DNA from: Methanobacteriota archaeon
GTDB taxonomy: Archaea; Thermoplasmatota; Thermoplasmata; SG8-5; JAGLSY01
Length of the DNA stretch: 64,000 nt
Reading direction: 5' to 3'
Assembly (NCBI GenBank): GCA_020697715.1
Contig: JAEHCO010000001.1
Span: 682,149 to 746,148, forward strand
This document shows, one piece after another, positions 20,180 to 30,700 of this stretch; positions within the stretch are counted from its first letter, which is position 1; every line of letters begins with the position of its first letter. The notes under the pieces were generated by a model. It searched no databases and was not told the DNA's origin. It saw nothing but the letters and a program-made list of their open reading frames with translations. The position numbers and the translations under genes are program-made.

Positions 20180-21325
20180 CTATCTTCGCCATCCTTCCCT
20201 GTAAACCGAAGTGTCGCTTCTCAGTCTGTGCTGGACAAACCCTCCGATCACCGCGATCATCAGACCGATCGATATCTCGAATATGATACTGGTCTCCGTA
20301 CCCTCAAATGGGAGCTCCGCGATCATCATCATATAATGAACTCCACCTAATATGAGGAAGGTGACTGAGATTATGGATGTGGTGATTATCCAGAAGGATT
20401 TTGGGATCATCTCCCTGCTTATCATGGAATTGGCCACATTCTTGGATTCGAAGACAAGGATGCTTCCCGCAAACCAATATATACCACCGCTCAAGAAGAG
20501 GATGGATCGATTGAACGCGCCCTCCAAAAGGTCTGAAAGCTCCACTGTCGCACTGTCATATCCTTTGAGTATACCGAAGAGAAATAAGAATAAGGAGAAT
20601 ATGAAGAAGGGCAGTGTCAGATCTCCTTCTGATAATGACCGTCTGATATTTCTTGGTCCATGCTTGAAGAAATCTCCTATCCTGTAAGCACTCTGGAGCA
20701 GGAAAAGCCCAAGCATGAAGGAGAAAGTGCCGAAGGCCCGGGAGGAAAGACCATTGATCCCCCCCTCGAAATTCCCTTGGAATATGAGATTGAAAAATGG
20801 AAGTATGGAAATACCCCCATATGCGATAAGGATGATCGCTATCGGCGCGATGAACTTCTTTCTCATTTTCGCATCCTTGAGAACTTTGATTATGTGGTAA
20901 TAAAGAGATTCGATGCTCCTTGATTGCTTGACCATCACACTGCGGACTGAATCCACCTTGATCCTGGATGATATGATAGGGAAGATGAACTCATCCTCCG
21001 CTCCATTGCTGACCAGGATGGCATTTGTCGCTCCCGTGGCCTCAATGGCCTCTTCAAGCTGTTTCGTAAGTATGATATCCGAATTATAGCCGACATCCGC
21101 ATCCCCAAGTATGGTGGCTATGTCCACATCCAGTCCTCGTTTCTTAATATCATCGTAGGTGGATATGGCGGCAAGAATGGTATTCGTGTCCGCATCCTCA
21201 GGGTCTGCGATACCCAGAGCTAATGCGGCTTTCACATTATCTTCCCGGCCTATCACCGGTCCCTCGAAATCGGTTTTGATCCCGAGGTCATTATCTCTAT
21301 CTACACACAATACGAGAACTTTCAT
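20180..21325 (-). CDS. DUF373 family membrane protein
   Basis: LVLCVDRDNDLG, DPEDADTN, GAEDE, VKQSRSIES plus C-terminal TMs. Confidence 0.9.
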   Translation of the reverse strand: MKVLVLCVDRDNDLGIKTDFEGPVIGREDNVKAALALGIADPEDADTNTILAAISTYDDIKKRGLDVDIATILGDADVGYNSDIILTKQLEEAIEATGATNAILVSNGAEDEFIFPIISSRIKVDSVRSVMVKQSRSIESLYYHIIKVLKDAKMRKKFIAPIAIILIAYGGISILPFFNLIFQGNFEGGINGLSSRAFGTFSFMLGLFLLQSAYRIGDFFKHGPRNIRRSLSEGDLTLPFFIFSLFLFLFGILKGYDSATVELSDLLEGAFNRSILFLSGGIYWFAGSILVFESKNVANSMISREMIPKSFWIITTSIISVTFLILGGVHYMMMIAELPFEGTETSIIFEISIGLMIAVIGGFVQHRLRSDTSVYREGWRR

Positions 21326-21434
21326 TGTTCTTGGACCATCCAGTATTTTTATTTTGTTATGACTATATAGATGTATGTACTTATTTAACTTTCCATAACA
21401 ATTTCCATACACAAAATAGATAGATATATTCGAT

Positions 21435-22223
21435 CTATTTCGATCCTAGGTATCTGCCGAAGCACAGATATCCCGTATGTCCAAGCATTTGGAAATCAGG
21501 TCTTGTTCCTTTCTCTCCAACCACCAGGTTTCGTAACAAGGTCTCCTGAGCTCTTATATCTATAAAATTACGTCCTCTAAGCTCCTTCACTGTGGTTTCA
21601 ACCTGGTTCATTGACGGAACATAGGCACAGAAAAAGCCTCCGACCTTCAATGCATCTTCCACCATGTCAAGGAATCGCCATGGTTCTGGATTATCAATCA
21701 CGGCCACATCGTGCATGTCCTTGTCATCACACTTGAGACCGTCTTCCGCTAGTATATCCACAGTATTGGAGAGGCTGGCATTGGCAACATTGCTTCTGGC
21801 CAATTTGGCAGATCTCTCATTTATCTCATAGGATGTGATATGCCCAGTTGGACCGATCACCCAGGCCATCATCATGGTCAAATGCCCGGAGCCAGTCCCG
21901 ATCTCCAGGATCTTTGATCCCGGAGACAGCCCGCACCCCATGATTATCTCGGCCCCATCCTTCTGCATGATGATCTGTGCTCCTCTTTTGGAAACCTCGA
22001 TTATATCAGTTATCGAGGGTGTGAGGCAGATATACGGCTCGCCAGCGAATTCCACTGTGCTGCCCATCTTGATGCCATATAGCTTGGAGGTGTCTATCAC
22101 TCCTAGCCTGGAATACTTCTGCATTCCCTGGTCTGGCTGCACCAAGAACTTCTCCATCTTCTTATTGACGAGAAGAATTGGCCCTCCTGTTTTTCCATCA
22201 TCAAGCATACACTTCAAAAACAC
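21435..22223 (-). CDS. trmI: tRNA (adenine-N1)-methyltransferase (m1A57/58)
   Basis: KRGAQIIMQKD, ILEIGTGSG, DNPEPW, RP...MLGHTGYL. Confidence 0.92.
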   Translation of the reverse strand: MFLKCMLDDGKTGGPILLVNKKMEKFLVQPDQGMQKYSRLGVIDTSKLYGIKMGSTVEFAGEPYICLTPSITDIIEVSKRGAQIIMQKDGAEIIMGCGLSPGSKILEIGTGSGHLTMMMAWVIGPTGHITSYEINERSAKLARSNVANASLSNTVDILAEDGLKCDDKDMHDVAVIDNPEPWRFLDMVEDALKVGGFFCAYVPSMNQVETTVKELRGRNFIDIRAQETLLRNLVVGEKGTRPDFQMLGHTGYLCFGRYLGSK

Positions 22224-22562
22224 ATGATAGCATATATTATTATTTCTATATTATATGTGATAATAAGTAGGCGTGAACTATTGTTTAACTTTCACCTGAA
22301 AATACTGTTAATGTTTTTATATATTATTTTCAAATAGAAACAAAATATTATTTATTCAATATTAAATTAATAAAAAGTTAATAGATAATGAAATTTAAAA
22401 ACACATTATTATTTATTTATATATTATTTATTTTATAAGAATGTCGAAATCTTTATATACTTTGATAATAATGAATGAGATAACTTGAAACCCACACGCT
22501 AAAGCTAGGATGGGAACAAAAAAGGAAGAGCAAAAAGCAGAAATTATAGGAGGAAAAACTCT

Positions 22563-25295
22563 ATGAAAAATACTTGGCAGAAGGGAAGCGCCCTACTTAT
22601 GGTAGGCGTGATGATGATCAGTACACTGGTAGCATTTATTAGTGCGCCAGTGGTAGTAGCAGACACAGAGATCACAGCAGGTTATGTCGATCTTGTCTTT
22701 GTTGATGCAGTAATGCTTGATGAACAGATATATGATGTAGATCCAGCTGATACGTCTTCGTATCAATTAGGAGAAGCAGATGATCAGGAACAGGACTGGG
22801 TAGCAGGCGCAAACACAGTGGATATATCAATCCTTGATAGGACAAATGCTACAACATTCTTGGGTGATGTAACTCTTGAGATCACAGACTTCGATGAGAA
22901 TGTCTTTGACTTCAATGATCCAGATGGCGCATATCCAATTGCACCTAACGCAGTCTGGGATGCCAATGCAACAGTAGGAAGCACAGGTGTATTTACCTTT
23001 ACTTTCGACATTCTGGAAACAGCAAGCATTGGACACGACAATGAAAAGAGGATCAACTTGAGAATAAGCAATGTCACAGACCCAAACATAGGCACATTCT
23101 ACATCTGGATACACATAGGTTCAATGTTCGATGACTCTGTCGACAGCATGACCAACACAAATGTATTGGATGCAAATGCCGACGATGGTAACCCAAGGTT
23201 CGAGGCCGGTGACGAGTTCACCCCAGCTACATTGACATTTACGAACAATGACCTTGAGACCATTGACAACCTGGAATGTATCCTGACCCCACCTGAAGAC
23301 AGTGGAATAACCATCAGGAACATTGACAACAGGGCTTACTACGACGACGATATAGCACCTGCAGGCGATGCAATATTGAACTATAATATTGATATAGCAG
23401 AAGGAACACCCGCAGGTATATATGCTTGTGATATGGACATAACATATCAGAGGTTTGATTCAGGTTTCACCATCGTCGAGCCAACAACATTGACAGTTGA
23501 CCTTGTAGTTGACTTCAGTTTCGCAGGCACAGATTCAGCCCCAGCAGCTGACACAGAATCACCATTCCAATGCTACGCAAGCGCAGTCACTATCGTGGAG
23601 ATAGCTGATGAGCCAGTTGTCGATGACAACACCAGCACGAGGCAGGAATTTCCACCATACAGTGCAGCTACAATAGAGCAGAGTGTGGCCAGTGATGAAG
23701 TGCTTACCTTCGAGGTAGAGATCACCAATAACGGTAATGTCGACCTTGAGCAGGTGACCTACATGCTGGACATCGGTGCAGCAGGGTGGGAATACTTTCG
23801 AAACCCATCGATCTACATCTTGGAAGATGGCACTCCTGGTGCAGATGGTATCTCTATTTCTTTTGATTCACATATCATTGGAGAAGTTAAGACCTTTGAG
23901 ATAACAGTCTTCGTTGTAAATGACGTACCAATAGGCGAGCACAGGCTCCCGATCATATACGATGGTTACTACTGGGACGATGCAAGACTGGGCGGATCAA
24001 CTGATTTCGCACCAGTTAACGGTGTCGATGGAATATGCATGAGCGGCGACGCAGATGCACTCGAGCTTGAATTCAGTATTTTCGTCACAGACGATGTCGA
24101 GATCGCTTGCCACGTTGACACTGTAGATGCAGCACTTGCTGGTGCAGGAGCCAAGGGAGATATCACAGCAAATGATATCACCATGACTCTGCACAATGAC
24201 GAGATGTATGATTTCATCGATGTCATGGTCAGAGCGAACTTCACAGGCACACCATGGTACAACCCGATCATAGGAATGGGAGAGCCATATGTTTGGTCAG
24301 AAGAAGCAAACCCAGCATCCCCATTGGATACATGGGTCGCTAGCGAAGGTCTGACATTCACTGTCGATACCAACCCGGACCTTGTTCCAGACAGATACCC
24401 ATTCAAACTGGAGATAACAGCTGTTATCAACCAGACTTTGGAAGTCGTTTTCATGGAGATCGATTACACACTTGGTTGTGTAGTTGACTTCATCGGATAC
24501 GGTCCAAGGATCAGTATCTCTGGATTCACCACGAATGATATCATTCCAGGTGAGGAATTCAGCCTTGATCTGACAATCACCAATGATGGTGATGACACAC
24601 TCAGGGATGTCTGGATAGAGATACCAAGCGATGACACGGTCTTCCACGACTGGTTCCCAACATGTGACTTCATTGCACAGATCCAGAGAACTGGCGAGAA
24701 CATAACAAACGGTACCGGTGTAACAAACAAGACCTGGAAAGGATCTGAAGTTACCCTGGAATCACTGGACATTGACAGCGCGAAGGAGATCATCGAGCTC
24801 AACCTCTACATAGAGGGTGTCTACTCAAGCCCATCCGCAAGGATAACATTGATAAGATTGATCAATCTGGCCCCAGGTGAGAGCACCAATGCCAGCTTCA
24901 TCATGTTTGCGGATAAGGACATGGTCAATGGTAAGTCATACCAGATAGATGTCACCGTCATAGGTATAGACTCTGAGAATGTAACAACATCACAGGGTCA
25001 CACGATATCTATTATGACATCATTGCCTGGCGAGTCATATGATGCTTCAGAGGTCGACTGGTTCGACACTGGCGTCAAGGCTTTGGGACTGTTCTTGTTC
25101 CTCGTGATCATAATCGCCATATTGTTGATGGTATTCAACAAGTTCAAGGGCGACTCTGACTACGACGACGATGACTACGATGAGGACGAGTTCGGATTCG
25201 AGGACGATGATGACTTTGACTCAGGTATGGAAACACCAGCTGCTCCAGAAGAGGCACCACCACTCGCCCCAGAGGAACAGCTCGTAGAGCCATAG
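22563..25295 (+). CDS. acidic cell-surface / S-layer-like protein (COG1361-type Ig folds) with C-terminal TM anchor
   Basis: signal peptide, repeated ITNxG/PGE beta-sandwich motifs, many N-x-S/T sequons, C-terminal TM then Asp/Glu/Pro tail; SD AGGAGG. Confidence 0.75.
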   Translation: MKNTWQKGSALLMVGVMMISTLVAFISAPVVVADTEITAGYVDLVFVDAVMLDEQIYDVDPADTSSYQLGEADDQEQDWVAGANTVDISILDRTNATTFLGDVTLEITDFDENVFDFNDPDGAYPIAPNAVWDANATVGSTGVFTFTFDILETASIGHDNEKRINLRISNVTDPNIGTFYIWIHIGSMFDDSVDSMTNTNVLDANADDGNPRFEAGDEFTPATLTFTNNDLETIDNLECILTPPEDSGITIRNIDNRAYYDDDIAPAGDAILNYNIDIAEGTPAGIYACDMDITYQRFDSGFTIVEPTTLTVDLVVDFSFAGTDSAPAADTESPFQCYASAVTIVEIADEPVVDDNTSTRQEFPPYSAATIEQSVASDEVLTFEVEITNNGNVDLEQVTYMLDIGAAGWEYFRNPSIYILEDGTPGADGISISFDSHIIGEVKTFEITVFVVNDVPIGEHRLPIIYDGYYWDDARLGGSTDFAPVNGVDGICMSGDADALELEFSIFVTDDVEIACHVDTVDAALAGAGAKGDITANDITMTLHNDEMYDFIDVMVRANFTGTPWYNPIIGMGEPYVWSEEANPASPLDTWVASEGLTFTVDTNPDLVPDRYPFKLEITAVINQTLEVVFMEIDYTLGCVVDFIGYGPRISISGFTTNDIIPGEEFSLDLTITNDGDDTLRDVWIEIPSDDTVFHDWFPTCDFIAQIQRTGENITNGTGVTNKTWKGSEVTLESLDIDSAKEIIELNLYIEGVYSSPSARITLIRLINLAPGESTNASFIMFADKDMVNGKSYQIDVTVIGIDSENVTTSQGHTISIMTSLPGESYDASEVDWFDTGVKALGLFLFLVIIIAILLMVFNKFKGDSDYDDDDYDEDEFGFEDDDDFDSGMETPAAPEEAPPLAPEEQLVEP

Positions 25296-25323
25296 ACACG
25301 TCTGAGATGTGGAATAAAATTAA

Positions 25324-25372
25324 TTTGAGCCCTTAACTGGGCTCAAACCTTTTACTTTTTTCATTTTTCTTT
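25324..25372 (+). terminator. hairpin plus U-rich tract
   Basis: TTTGAGCCC-TTAACT-GGGCTCAAA then long T-rich run. Confidence 0.75.
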
Positions 25373-25434
25373 TCATCAAGCTTGTGCTCAATTCAATAAA
25401 TAGATTTTAGTATGCAATCATCTTCCCACCTTCA

Positions 25435-26145
25435 ATGGCAAAGAAGAGGCGGAAGCACGAAGAAGAAAAAGAGGAGAAGGAATACAAATCCCCTGAATTC
25501 GATGAGAGGGAATTTCTTCAGGATGAGATACAGACAGGAAAAGCAACTATCATGGCTGCTATTATCTCGATACCTGTGGGTATCCTGATTTACATGATAA
25601 CCGGGTCCATGGGAGAAGAGAATGCATGGCTTGGCTTCCTTATTGGGATAATGTGTATCGGGTCATTATATTTCGTACTGCCAGCTGTTAATGTCGATGT
25701 GAAGAAAATGAAACCCAAGCAATGGTTTGGCCCTATCTCCACTTATATATTCACTTTCCTCGCTATCTGGATACTTCTTGTGAATCCACCTTTTGCAGAT
25801 CATGCCGGTCCTCAGTTCATCGGTATCGATGTGGGTGTCGATGGTGAGCCCATTACTATCCTGGGTATCGCTGATAATACGACCAATAAGATTCGCTTGA
25901 ATGAGATGACCATCAATGGAAGTGCCATGGTGACCGTGAATGCGACCATCACTGACAATGACCTTATGGGTTCCGCATCTATATGGGTGGGGAATTCAGT
26001 CATTCCCATGGTGCCAGCAGGTCCGGATATGTTCTTCTGCGATGTTGGTAATATAACAGAAACAGTAGTTCTGACACTTGAGGCTCGGGATTCAACTGGC
26101 AATAATAGAACATACGAGATCAAGTTATTTGTCAATGCCAATTGA
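25435..26145 (+). CDS. hypothetical membrane protein (3 TM plus Ig-like C-terminus)
   Basis: PEFDEREFL N-terminus, 3 TMs ending in LLVNPPF, beta-rich C-terminus. Confidence 0.75.
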   Translation: MAKKRRKHEEEKEEKEYKSPEFDEREFLQDEIQTGKATIMAAIISIPVGILIYMITGSMGEENAWLGFLIGIMCIGSLYFVLPAVNVDVKKMKPKQWFGPISTYIFTFLAIWILLVNPPFADHAGPQFIGIDVGVDGEPITILGIADNTTNKIRLNEMTINGSAMVTVNATITDNDLMGSASIWVGNSVIPMVPAGPDMFFCDVGNITETVVLTLEARDSTGNNRTYEIKLFVNAN

Positions 26146-26183
26146 TATTTTGAATAAGTCAATCGCCTGGCTATCTATCGTAT

Positions 26184-27524
26184 CTACGATATTTCCCAGG
26201 GCATTCTCTTATCCAGGAATCTGGAAAGCACGTGAGCTGAGACATTTTCAATTATATTCTCATTATTGGTAAGGATAAGATCGTCCTTCAATTCATTAAG
26301 GTTCTTTCCAATGTCCAGTTTCTGGATCTCCGATCTTATGAGGGAGAGGGCATCGGTATACTTCCTCCCTATGATGACCTTCCAATTGCCGTCCTCGATA
26401 TAAGGGGCGGAAAGCGAATTGTCACTCGCTTTCCATCTCTGTATGAAATCCTGGGCATTGTCATGTATCCAGACTGGAGGGCCAGTATGTACTTTGGCCT
26501 TGGGAAGCTCCGCGCTCACCATTTCGATCAATATTGTAACCACGTTCCCCTCTTCGAAGGAAGCAGAGTGTAATGTGCGGAACTCATGATTATCCAATAG
26601 TTGTACCATGCTCCTCTCGAACTTTCCGAGCTGACCGTAGAATATATCGTCTATCAACTCAGGCCTTTCAAATTGAATAGCTATCATATCCGCCCTGTGG
26701 GGCATTTGCTGCTTTATCTCCGATGAGGACAGGTCCACATATGGTTTAGGAAAGAAGAAGGCCTCCCCAGGGTTTCTGAGGTATTCCCCGGCAGCATGCA
26801 CGAACTTCGAGAAGGTATCAAGAGAAACGGGAGATGCGACGTTTCTCTTTGGATCGACCGGATCAATGAATATCAGGGTATCGGTGAATTTCATGGAGGA
26901 TTTTTCTTCCATGAAGATCATCTCATGTCTTCTCCACTTACTGACTGCCTTAAGAGCATCCAGGAAAGACCCGTATCTTATGACTATCAATTCAGAAAGA
27001 TAGCCTGAGAAACCCTGGGTCTTGATCTCCGCGCCATAGACACCTGTGCCTTTCATGAACTTCTTCATCAGCCTGATCTCGTTCCTCATGTTCTCATCAG
27101 AATGCTCGATTATGTATTCTGTATGGAATGGTGTTCGATCCACTGATGTAAGTTTTTGACTGGCATCTTTCAGTCTATAGGCAGGCACGATATCTGTCTT
27201 CAGACCCATGAACTCTCCTTTTATGTAGGGATGTTCAGCATAATGCTCTTCCCCACCCACAGCCTCCTTACCGATGGATACTCCTATCTTTTCCATACTG
27301 GCCCTATCAACAGATGGGTCGAATAGTAGAAATAGATCAATATCTGGATTCTTGAGATGTGTGCCTTTCGCGATGGAACCAACAAGGCATAGTTCGATAT
27401 CCGTCTCCTTGAAGCCCGATGTGTTCATGATCTCAGTTCTTAGAGCATCCACTGCATCATCGATCTCCTTTAGCTCGGTCTCGCTGGGTCTTATCTTTAC
27501 AAGGATATCTTCCTCTAAGCTCAT
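26184..27524 (-). CDS. cca: CCA-adding tRNA nucleotidyltransferase (class I)
   Basis: VGSIAKGT..DIDLF, YAEHPY, VDRTPFH, GVYGAE..GFSGYLSEL, DPVDPKRNVAS. Confidence 0.96.
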   Translation of the reverse strand: MSLEEDILVKIRPSETELKEIDDAVDALRTEIMNTSGFKETDIELCLVGSIAKGTHLKNPDIDLFLLFDPSVDRASMEKIGVSIGKEAVGGEEHYAEHPYIKGEFMGLKTDIVPAYRLKDASQKLTSVDRTPFHTEYIIEHSDENMRNEIRLMKKFMKGTGVYGAEIKTQGFSGYLSELIVIRYGSFLDALKAVSKWRRHEMIFMEEKSSMKFTDTLIFIDPVDPKRNVASPVSLDTFSKFVHAAGEYLRNPGEAFFFPKPYVDLSSSEIKQQMPHRADMIAIQFERPELIDDIFYGQLGKFERSMVQLLDNHEFRTLHSASFEEGNVVTILIEMVSAELPKAKVHTGPPVWIHDNAQDFIQRWKASDNSLSAPYIEDGNWKVIIGRKYTDALSLIRSEIQKLDIGKNLNELKDDLILTNNENIIENVSAHVLSRFLDKRMPWEIS

Positions 27525-27716
27525 TACCTCTCATTAATGACAGGACGTTATTTAACTTATCCCGATATCACCCAAACAATTGGGTAATCTTTATATGGGG
27601 TAAGGATTTGCAGGTGATACGATGCCCGTAGGCACCCTACTTCTCTATATTGAGGGGTTAGGTCCCTGCATTTGAAGGGTATTGGTTCCAGATATCAAAT
27701 GAACTGGAGGATAAGT

Positions 27717-28172
27717 ATGACAACCGTATTCGATGTACCAGCAGATAGGTTGATCGAGCTATTGACCGAAGAATTGAAGACCAGACCAGAGCTGAAAAAA
27801 GCAGACTGGATGGAATTTGTCAAGACAGGAAGACACAGGGAGAAAAGACCCGCTGATCCGGAATGGTGGTATAAGAGACTCGCCGCCATCCTAAGAAAGG
27901 TCTACGTACATGGACCTGTGGGATCATCCAGGCTCAGTGCTTACTTTGGTGGAAGCGCTGACAGGGGTGTGAAACCTAATAGAGCGACAAAAGGTAGTAG
28001 ATCAATAGCAAGATATTCCTTAAAACAGCTAGAACAGGCCGGACTCATCATCACCGATGGGCACAAGGGCCGTAGGATCGCACCAGAAGGACAAAGACTC
28101 CTGGACAATACCGCACACAAGGTATTGAAAGAGATGGTGAAAGAACAGCCAAGTATGGCTAAATATGATTAG
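27717..28172 (+). CDS. rps19e: 30S ribosomal protein S19e
   Basis: MTTVFDVPA, FVKTG..RE..P..WWY.R.AAILRKVY, LKQLEQAG; SD GGAGG. Confidence 0.96.
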   Translation: MTTVFDVPADRLIELLTEELKTRPELKKADWMEFVKTGRHREKRPADPEWWYKRLAAILRKVYVHGPVGSSRLSAYFGGSADRGVKPNRATKGSRSIARYSLKQLEQAGLIITDGHKGRRIAPEGQRLLDNTAHKVLKEMVKEQPSMAKYD

Positions 28173-28182
28173 GTGAATTAGA

Positions 28183-28518
28183 ATGGGAAGTGACGACACA
28201 GACCTGGACGCCATAAGGAAGAAACGATTGGCTGAGATACAAAATCAACAGCAGTCCCAGGTTGAACAAGAGGCCATGAAAGAAAGGGCGGAGCAGCAGA
28301 AGCAGGCTGCCATGCGCCAGATCATGACCTCGGAAGCTCGTGAAAGACTGGCAAGGATAAAACTTGCCCAGCCGGAGTTCGCGGAGCAGATAGAGGCACA
28401 ACTGATAATGCTGGCCCAGAGTGGTCAATTATCAGGCCAGGTCACGGACCAGATGCTAGTTCAGATACTTGAGAGGATCATGCCCGAAAAGCGGGAGATC
28501 AATATCAAGAGAATATGA
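28183..28518 (+). CDS. PDCD5-like double-stranded DNA-binding protein
   Basis: [31 protein letters not shown]; canonical position after rps19e. Confidence 0.93.
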   Translation: MGSDDTDLDAIRKKRLAEIQNQQQSQVEQEAMKERAEQQKQAAMRQIMTSEARERLARIKLAQPEFAEQIEAQLIMLAQSGQLSGQVTDQMLVQILERIMPEKREINIKRI

Positions 28519-28598
28519 TACAAGTGAAATGGAGAGGTTTTGAATGCGAGAGCACAGCGATTGCATTCAAATTTCCGAAATGGAATGGAGGAAATCAA

Positions 28599-28754
28599 AT
28601 GGCAACACACAAACCACTTGGAAGAAAATTGAGATTGATGAAGGCCACGAAGCAGAACAGGCGAGTACCAGCCTGGGTCATGCAGAGGACCGACAGGAGA
28701 TTCACGCGCCACCCAAAGCAGAGACAGTGGCGTAGAAGCAAATTGAAGAGGTAG
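28599..28754 (+). CDS. rpl39e: 50S ribosomal protein L39e
   Basis: 51 aa, [18 protein letters not shown]...[12 protein letters not shown]. Confidence 0.95.
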   Translation: MATHKPLGRKLRLMKATKQNRRVPAWVMQRTDRRFTRHPKQRQWRRSKLKR

Positions 28755-28762
28755 GGATTAAA

Positions 28763-29035
28763 ATGGCTGATGATACTGAAGTGATCATGGATGTTCCCCT
28801 CAAAGGGATCAAAAGGGTTCCAAGGACAAAGAGAGCACCGCATGCGATCAAGTTGATAAAGAAGCATGTGGCAAGACACAGAAAGGTGGACATTGAGGAT
28901 ATCTGGATAGATGACGTTCTCAATGAACATATCTGGGCCAGGGGAATACAGAAACCCCCTGTCAAGGTAAGGGTCAAGACCTCCAAATGGGAGGATGGCC
29001 GAACTGATGTCCTGCTCTATGACGAGGATGAGTGA
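28763..29035 (+). CDS. rpl31e: 50S ribosomal protein L31e
   Basis: PRTKRAPHAIK, LNEHIWARGIQKPPVKVRV. Confidence 0.95.
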   Translation: MADDTEVIMDVPLKGIKRVPRTKRAPHAIKLIKKHVARHRKVDIEDIWIDDVLNEHIWARGIQKPPVKVRVKTSKWEDGRTDVLLYDEDE

Positions 29036-29129
29036 TCGAGATAAGAACTGGATGTGTGGTCTGACCTAATTATCCGATCTGGTCGCACATCCAGCACTTA
29101 CCTTTCAAATCACTCTATAGAGGACGAAC

Positions 29130-29795
29130 ATGATAAAAAAATACCACATGCAGAGCAATTCCTTCATAGGAGTTTTCGCTGTCGCGAATGAATCCTTTGC
29201 TTTCGTACCCAATAATACGGATGTAGATGACCTTATAGCCATAGCTCGGGATGCCCTTAAGGTGGATGAGGTCATAAAGACCAATATCAATGGCTCTCCT
29301 CTTATAGGCTCATTTATAGCCATGAACTCGAATGGAGCATTGGTCTATCCAAATGTCCACGAGTCCGAGATAGAGGCTATCCGAAAGGTCATTCCTGTGA
29401 CAAAGCTCACTGACAGATTCAATGCCGCGGGTAATAATATCCTGGCAAATGATAATGGAGCTTTGGTTCACCCTTCTTTCAATGATGCGACATTGGAGAG
29501 GATATCCGGAACACTGGGTGTTCCAGTATTAAGAGGTACCATTGCGGGATTCAGAACAGTTGGGTCTGCTGGAGTGGCAACAAATAAGGGAGCCATATGC
29601 CATCCTCACGCCACCGAGGAAGAAATGGAGATCATGGCAGAGATCCTGGATGTCGAGGTAAGTCATTGCACTGCCAATTACGGATCTGGTCTATTGGGAG
29701 CGTGTATGATGGCAAATACAAAGGGCGCGATAATTGGAGATGAATCCACCCCCATAGAGCTTGGAAAGGTCGAAGAAGGTCTAAAATTGTATTGA
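29130..29795 (+). CDS. eif6: translation initiation factor aIF6
   Basis: IGVFAVANE, AGNNILANDNGALVHP, VGSAGVATNKGAICHP, TPIELG. Confidence 0.95.
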   Translation: MIKKYHMQSNSFIGVFAVANESFAFVPNNTDVDDLIAIARDALKVDEVIKTNINGSPLIGSFIAMNSNGALVYPNVHESEIEAIRKVIPVTKLTDRFNAAGNNILANDNGALVHPSFNDATLERISGTLGVPVLRGTIAGFRTVGSAGVATNKGAICHPHATEEEMEIMAEILDVEVSHCTANYGSGLLGACMMANTKGAIIGDESTPIELGKVEEGLKLY

Positions 29796-29933
29796 GCTTT
29801 CTATCTAATTTTTTAATTCAGATACATGAGATGGATGAATTAACTCGCATAGTTCATATTATTCGATGTTCATAGTCTGGTATATTGCTAGCAATGAACA
29901 GCAAAAACATTCAGGCATTTGAAGCCTGATCGC

Positions 29934-30572
29934 TCACAATGAGAACATCCAGATCTCTTGATCTTCAGGTATATCCTCTGCGGCAAATTCTATCTCATTG
30001 CCTACCTTGATCAATTCCTGCCCACTGGCTCCATCCAGGAAACCATCTATCGGAGCTATTGAGAGTGATAGGCCGCCGACACGGTAATGCATGGGGACGA
30101 TCACCTTTGGCTTGATGGCATTGATCACATTCCAAGCACCCTCTGCATCAAGTGTGAAGGTTCCGCCTACAGGGCAGAAGAGAATATCCACTTCTCCGAT
30201 GTCTTTGACATTATCATCGGTCAAGAGCTCTCCCAAGTCTCCCAAATGGCAGTATTTTATATCATTCATTTCGAATACGAAAATTATATTGGAGCCACGC
30301 TTTTCTCCTTGTACCTCATCATGGAAAGTATTGACGCCATGTATCTTGATCCCCCTCTCATCCCTGGGCTCGGAGGTGGATATTATCTTGACATCGGATC
30401 CTCGGACCAGTCTTCCACAATTGTGGTCGAAATGATCATGACTCTGCAATACTATATCGGCAATAACGTCAGGCGGTCTTATGCCTATCGATTTCCCATC
30501 ATGAGCGTCTGTAACTATCGTGATCCCATTTGATATTTCAAAACATGAATGTCCGTGCCATCTTATTATCAT
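29934..30572 (-). CDS. MBL-fold metallo-hydrolase
   Basis: WHGHSCF, SHDHFDH, HLGDLG, PVGG, IVPMHY. Confidence 0.92.
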   Translation of the reverse strand: MIIRWHGHSCFEISNGITIVTDAHDGKSIGIRPPDVIADIVLQSHDHFDHNCGRLVRGSDVKIISTSEPRDERGIKIHGVNTFHDEVQGEKRGSNIIFVFEMNDIKYCHLGDLGELLTDDNVKDIGEVDILFCPVGGTFTLDAEGAWNVINAIKPKVIVPMHYRVGGLSLSIAPIDGFLDGASGQELIKVGNEIEFAAEDIPEDQEIWMFSL

Positions 30573-30700
30573 CCTATTATCTCCCCTTTATATTTGGTGT
30601 TCTGTTATATGTTAATCTCTATTTCCGTATTTAGTTTTTACTCGATATATTCATTTTATGAAGTGTCATTGCGAGATGATGAAGATAAGAGATGGATCTC

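Noticed and set aside
29048-29094. Possible K-turn or C/D box in the rpl31e-eif6 hairpin
   Set aside because: The bulge and tandem GA geometry do not fit the K-turn consensus on either strand.
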